In this document: positions 63,550 to 64,000 of the stretch, one piece after another
Position numbering within the stretch: the stretch's first letter is position 1
Layout of the letters: the number at the start of each line of letters is the position of its first letter
Source of the DNA: Candidatus Eremiobacteria bacterium
Lineage (GTDB): Bacteria > Vulcanimicrobiota > Vulcanimicrobiia > Vulcanimicrobiales > Vulcanimicrobiaceae
Reading direction: 5' to 3'
DNA length: 64,000 nt
Assembly (NCBI GenBank): GCA_963758295.1
Contig: CAVWUU010000002.1
Location: 96,001-160,000 of the forward strand
Translations under genes and position numbers: made by a program
Notes under the pieces: generated by a model
Database searches by the model: none
Told to the model about the DNA's origin: nothing
What the model saw: the letters and a program-made list of their open reading frames with translations, nothing else

Positions 63550-64000
63550 CTAGGACAGACCCTTGACTACCGCGCGCGGCCGGATGGAAGTTTCCGTCTC
63601 GGCTTCTTCCCCATTTCCGCCGAAGTGCGCGAGCAACGCGTCGGCTGCGGCATAGGGGTCGACGTTGGGCCGGACCCCGTGGAGTTCGTGCTCGAGGCGC
63701 CGCTGCAAGCGGCCGAGCGCAAGCTGGCGCACTTGGTGGGCGAAGGCTTCTCTACGCTTCGCTTCGATCTCGCCCGTCTCATGAAGGTAGGCTTCGTGAC
63801 TCTCGATAGCCGTCCACAGCTCGTCGATGCCTTCACCGGCGAGCGCCTGGGTCATCACCAGTTCCGGCACCCAGCCGGTGAACTGAAGCATCTCCATCAT
63901 CCCGCGAATCTCGCGGCGCATTTGGTTGGCCATCGGGTGGTCGGCTTTGTTCACGACGAAGATGTCGGCAATTTCCATGATGCCCGCTTTTAGCACCTGA
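63550..64000 (-). CDS. meaB: MeaB/ArgK mutase-associated GTPase (5' end outside window)
   Basis: Q.LKAGIMEIADIFVVNKAD, immediately upstream of the mutase. Confidence 0.93.
   Translation of the reverse strand, partial: QVLKAGIMEIADIFVVNKADHPMANQMRREIRGMMEMLQFTGWVPELVMTQALAGEGIDELWTAIESHEAYLHETGEIEAKRREAFAHQVRQLALGRLQRRLEHELHGVRPNVDPYAAADALLAHFGGNGEEAETETSIRPRAVVKGLS

Overview
GC-rich bacterial chromosome segment. The protein style, with many LAACSGGG-type secreted lipoproteins, PP2C phosphatases and a small beta-barrel, suggests a soil diderm such as Eremiobacterota/Vulcanimicrobiota; this is inference only. The left ~26.8 kb is an accessory mosaic ending at tRNA-Glu/tRNA-Ile2. It holds secreted peptidases and glycosidases (S9, GGT, GH31, GH1, BNR/VPS10-like), an SSS transporter operon, two SpoIIE/PP2C phosphatases, regulators, IS3 and DUF4349 remnants, and several single-base frameshifts. 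The right ~37 kb is mostly core: eno, ndk, birA, acpS, nnr, a ligA-uvrA-uvrB cluster, prs-rplY-pth, glmU, gltX and a B12 acyl-CoA mutase operon with meaB. Best candidates for new biology: (1) a three-gene operon pairing a sensor-less chemoreceptor with a Cache-domain receptor that lacks the signalling tip, plus a DUF3343 protein; (2) a diguanylate cyclase followed by an apparently inactive M48 protease, facing an ArgB-like pseudokinase; (3) an ATA-initiated pth; (4) an isobutyryl-CoA-type mutase; (5) a His-rich tail hidden behind a frameshift. No CRISPR array, rRNA or intact mobile element was seen. All calls come from reading motifs by eye; no database searches were run.
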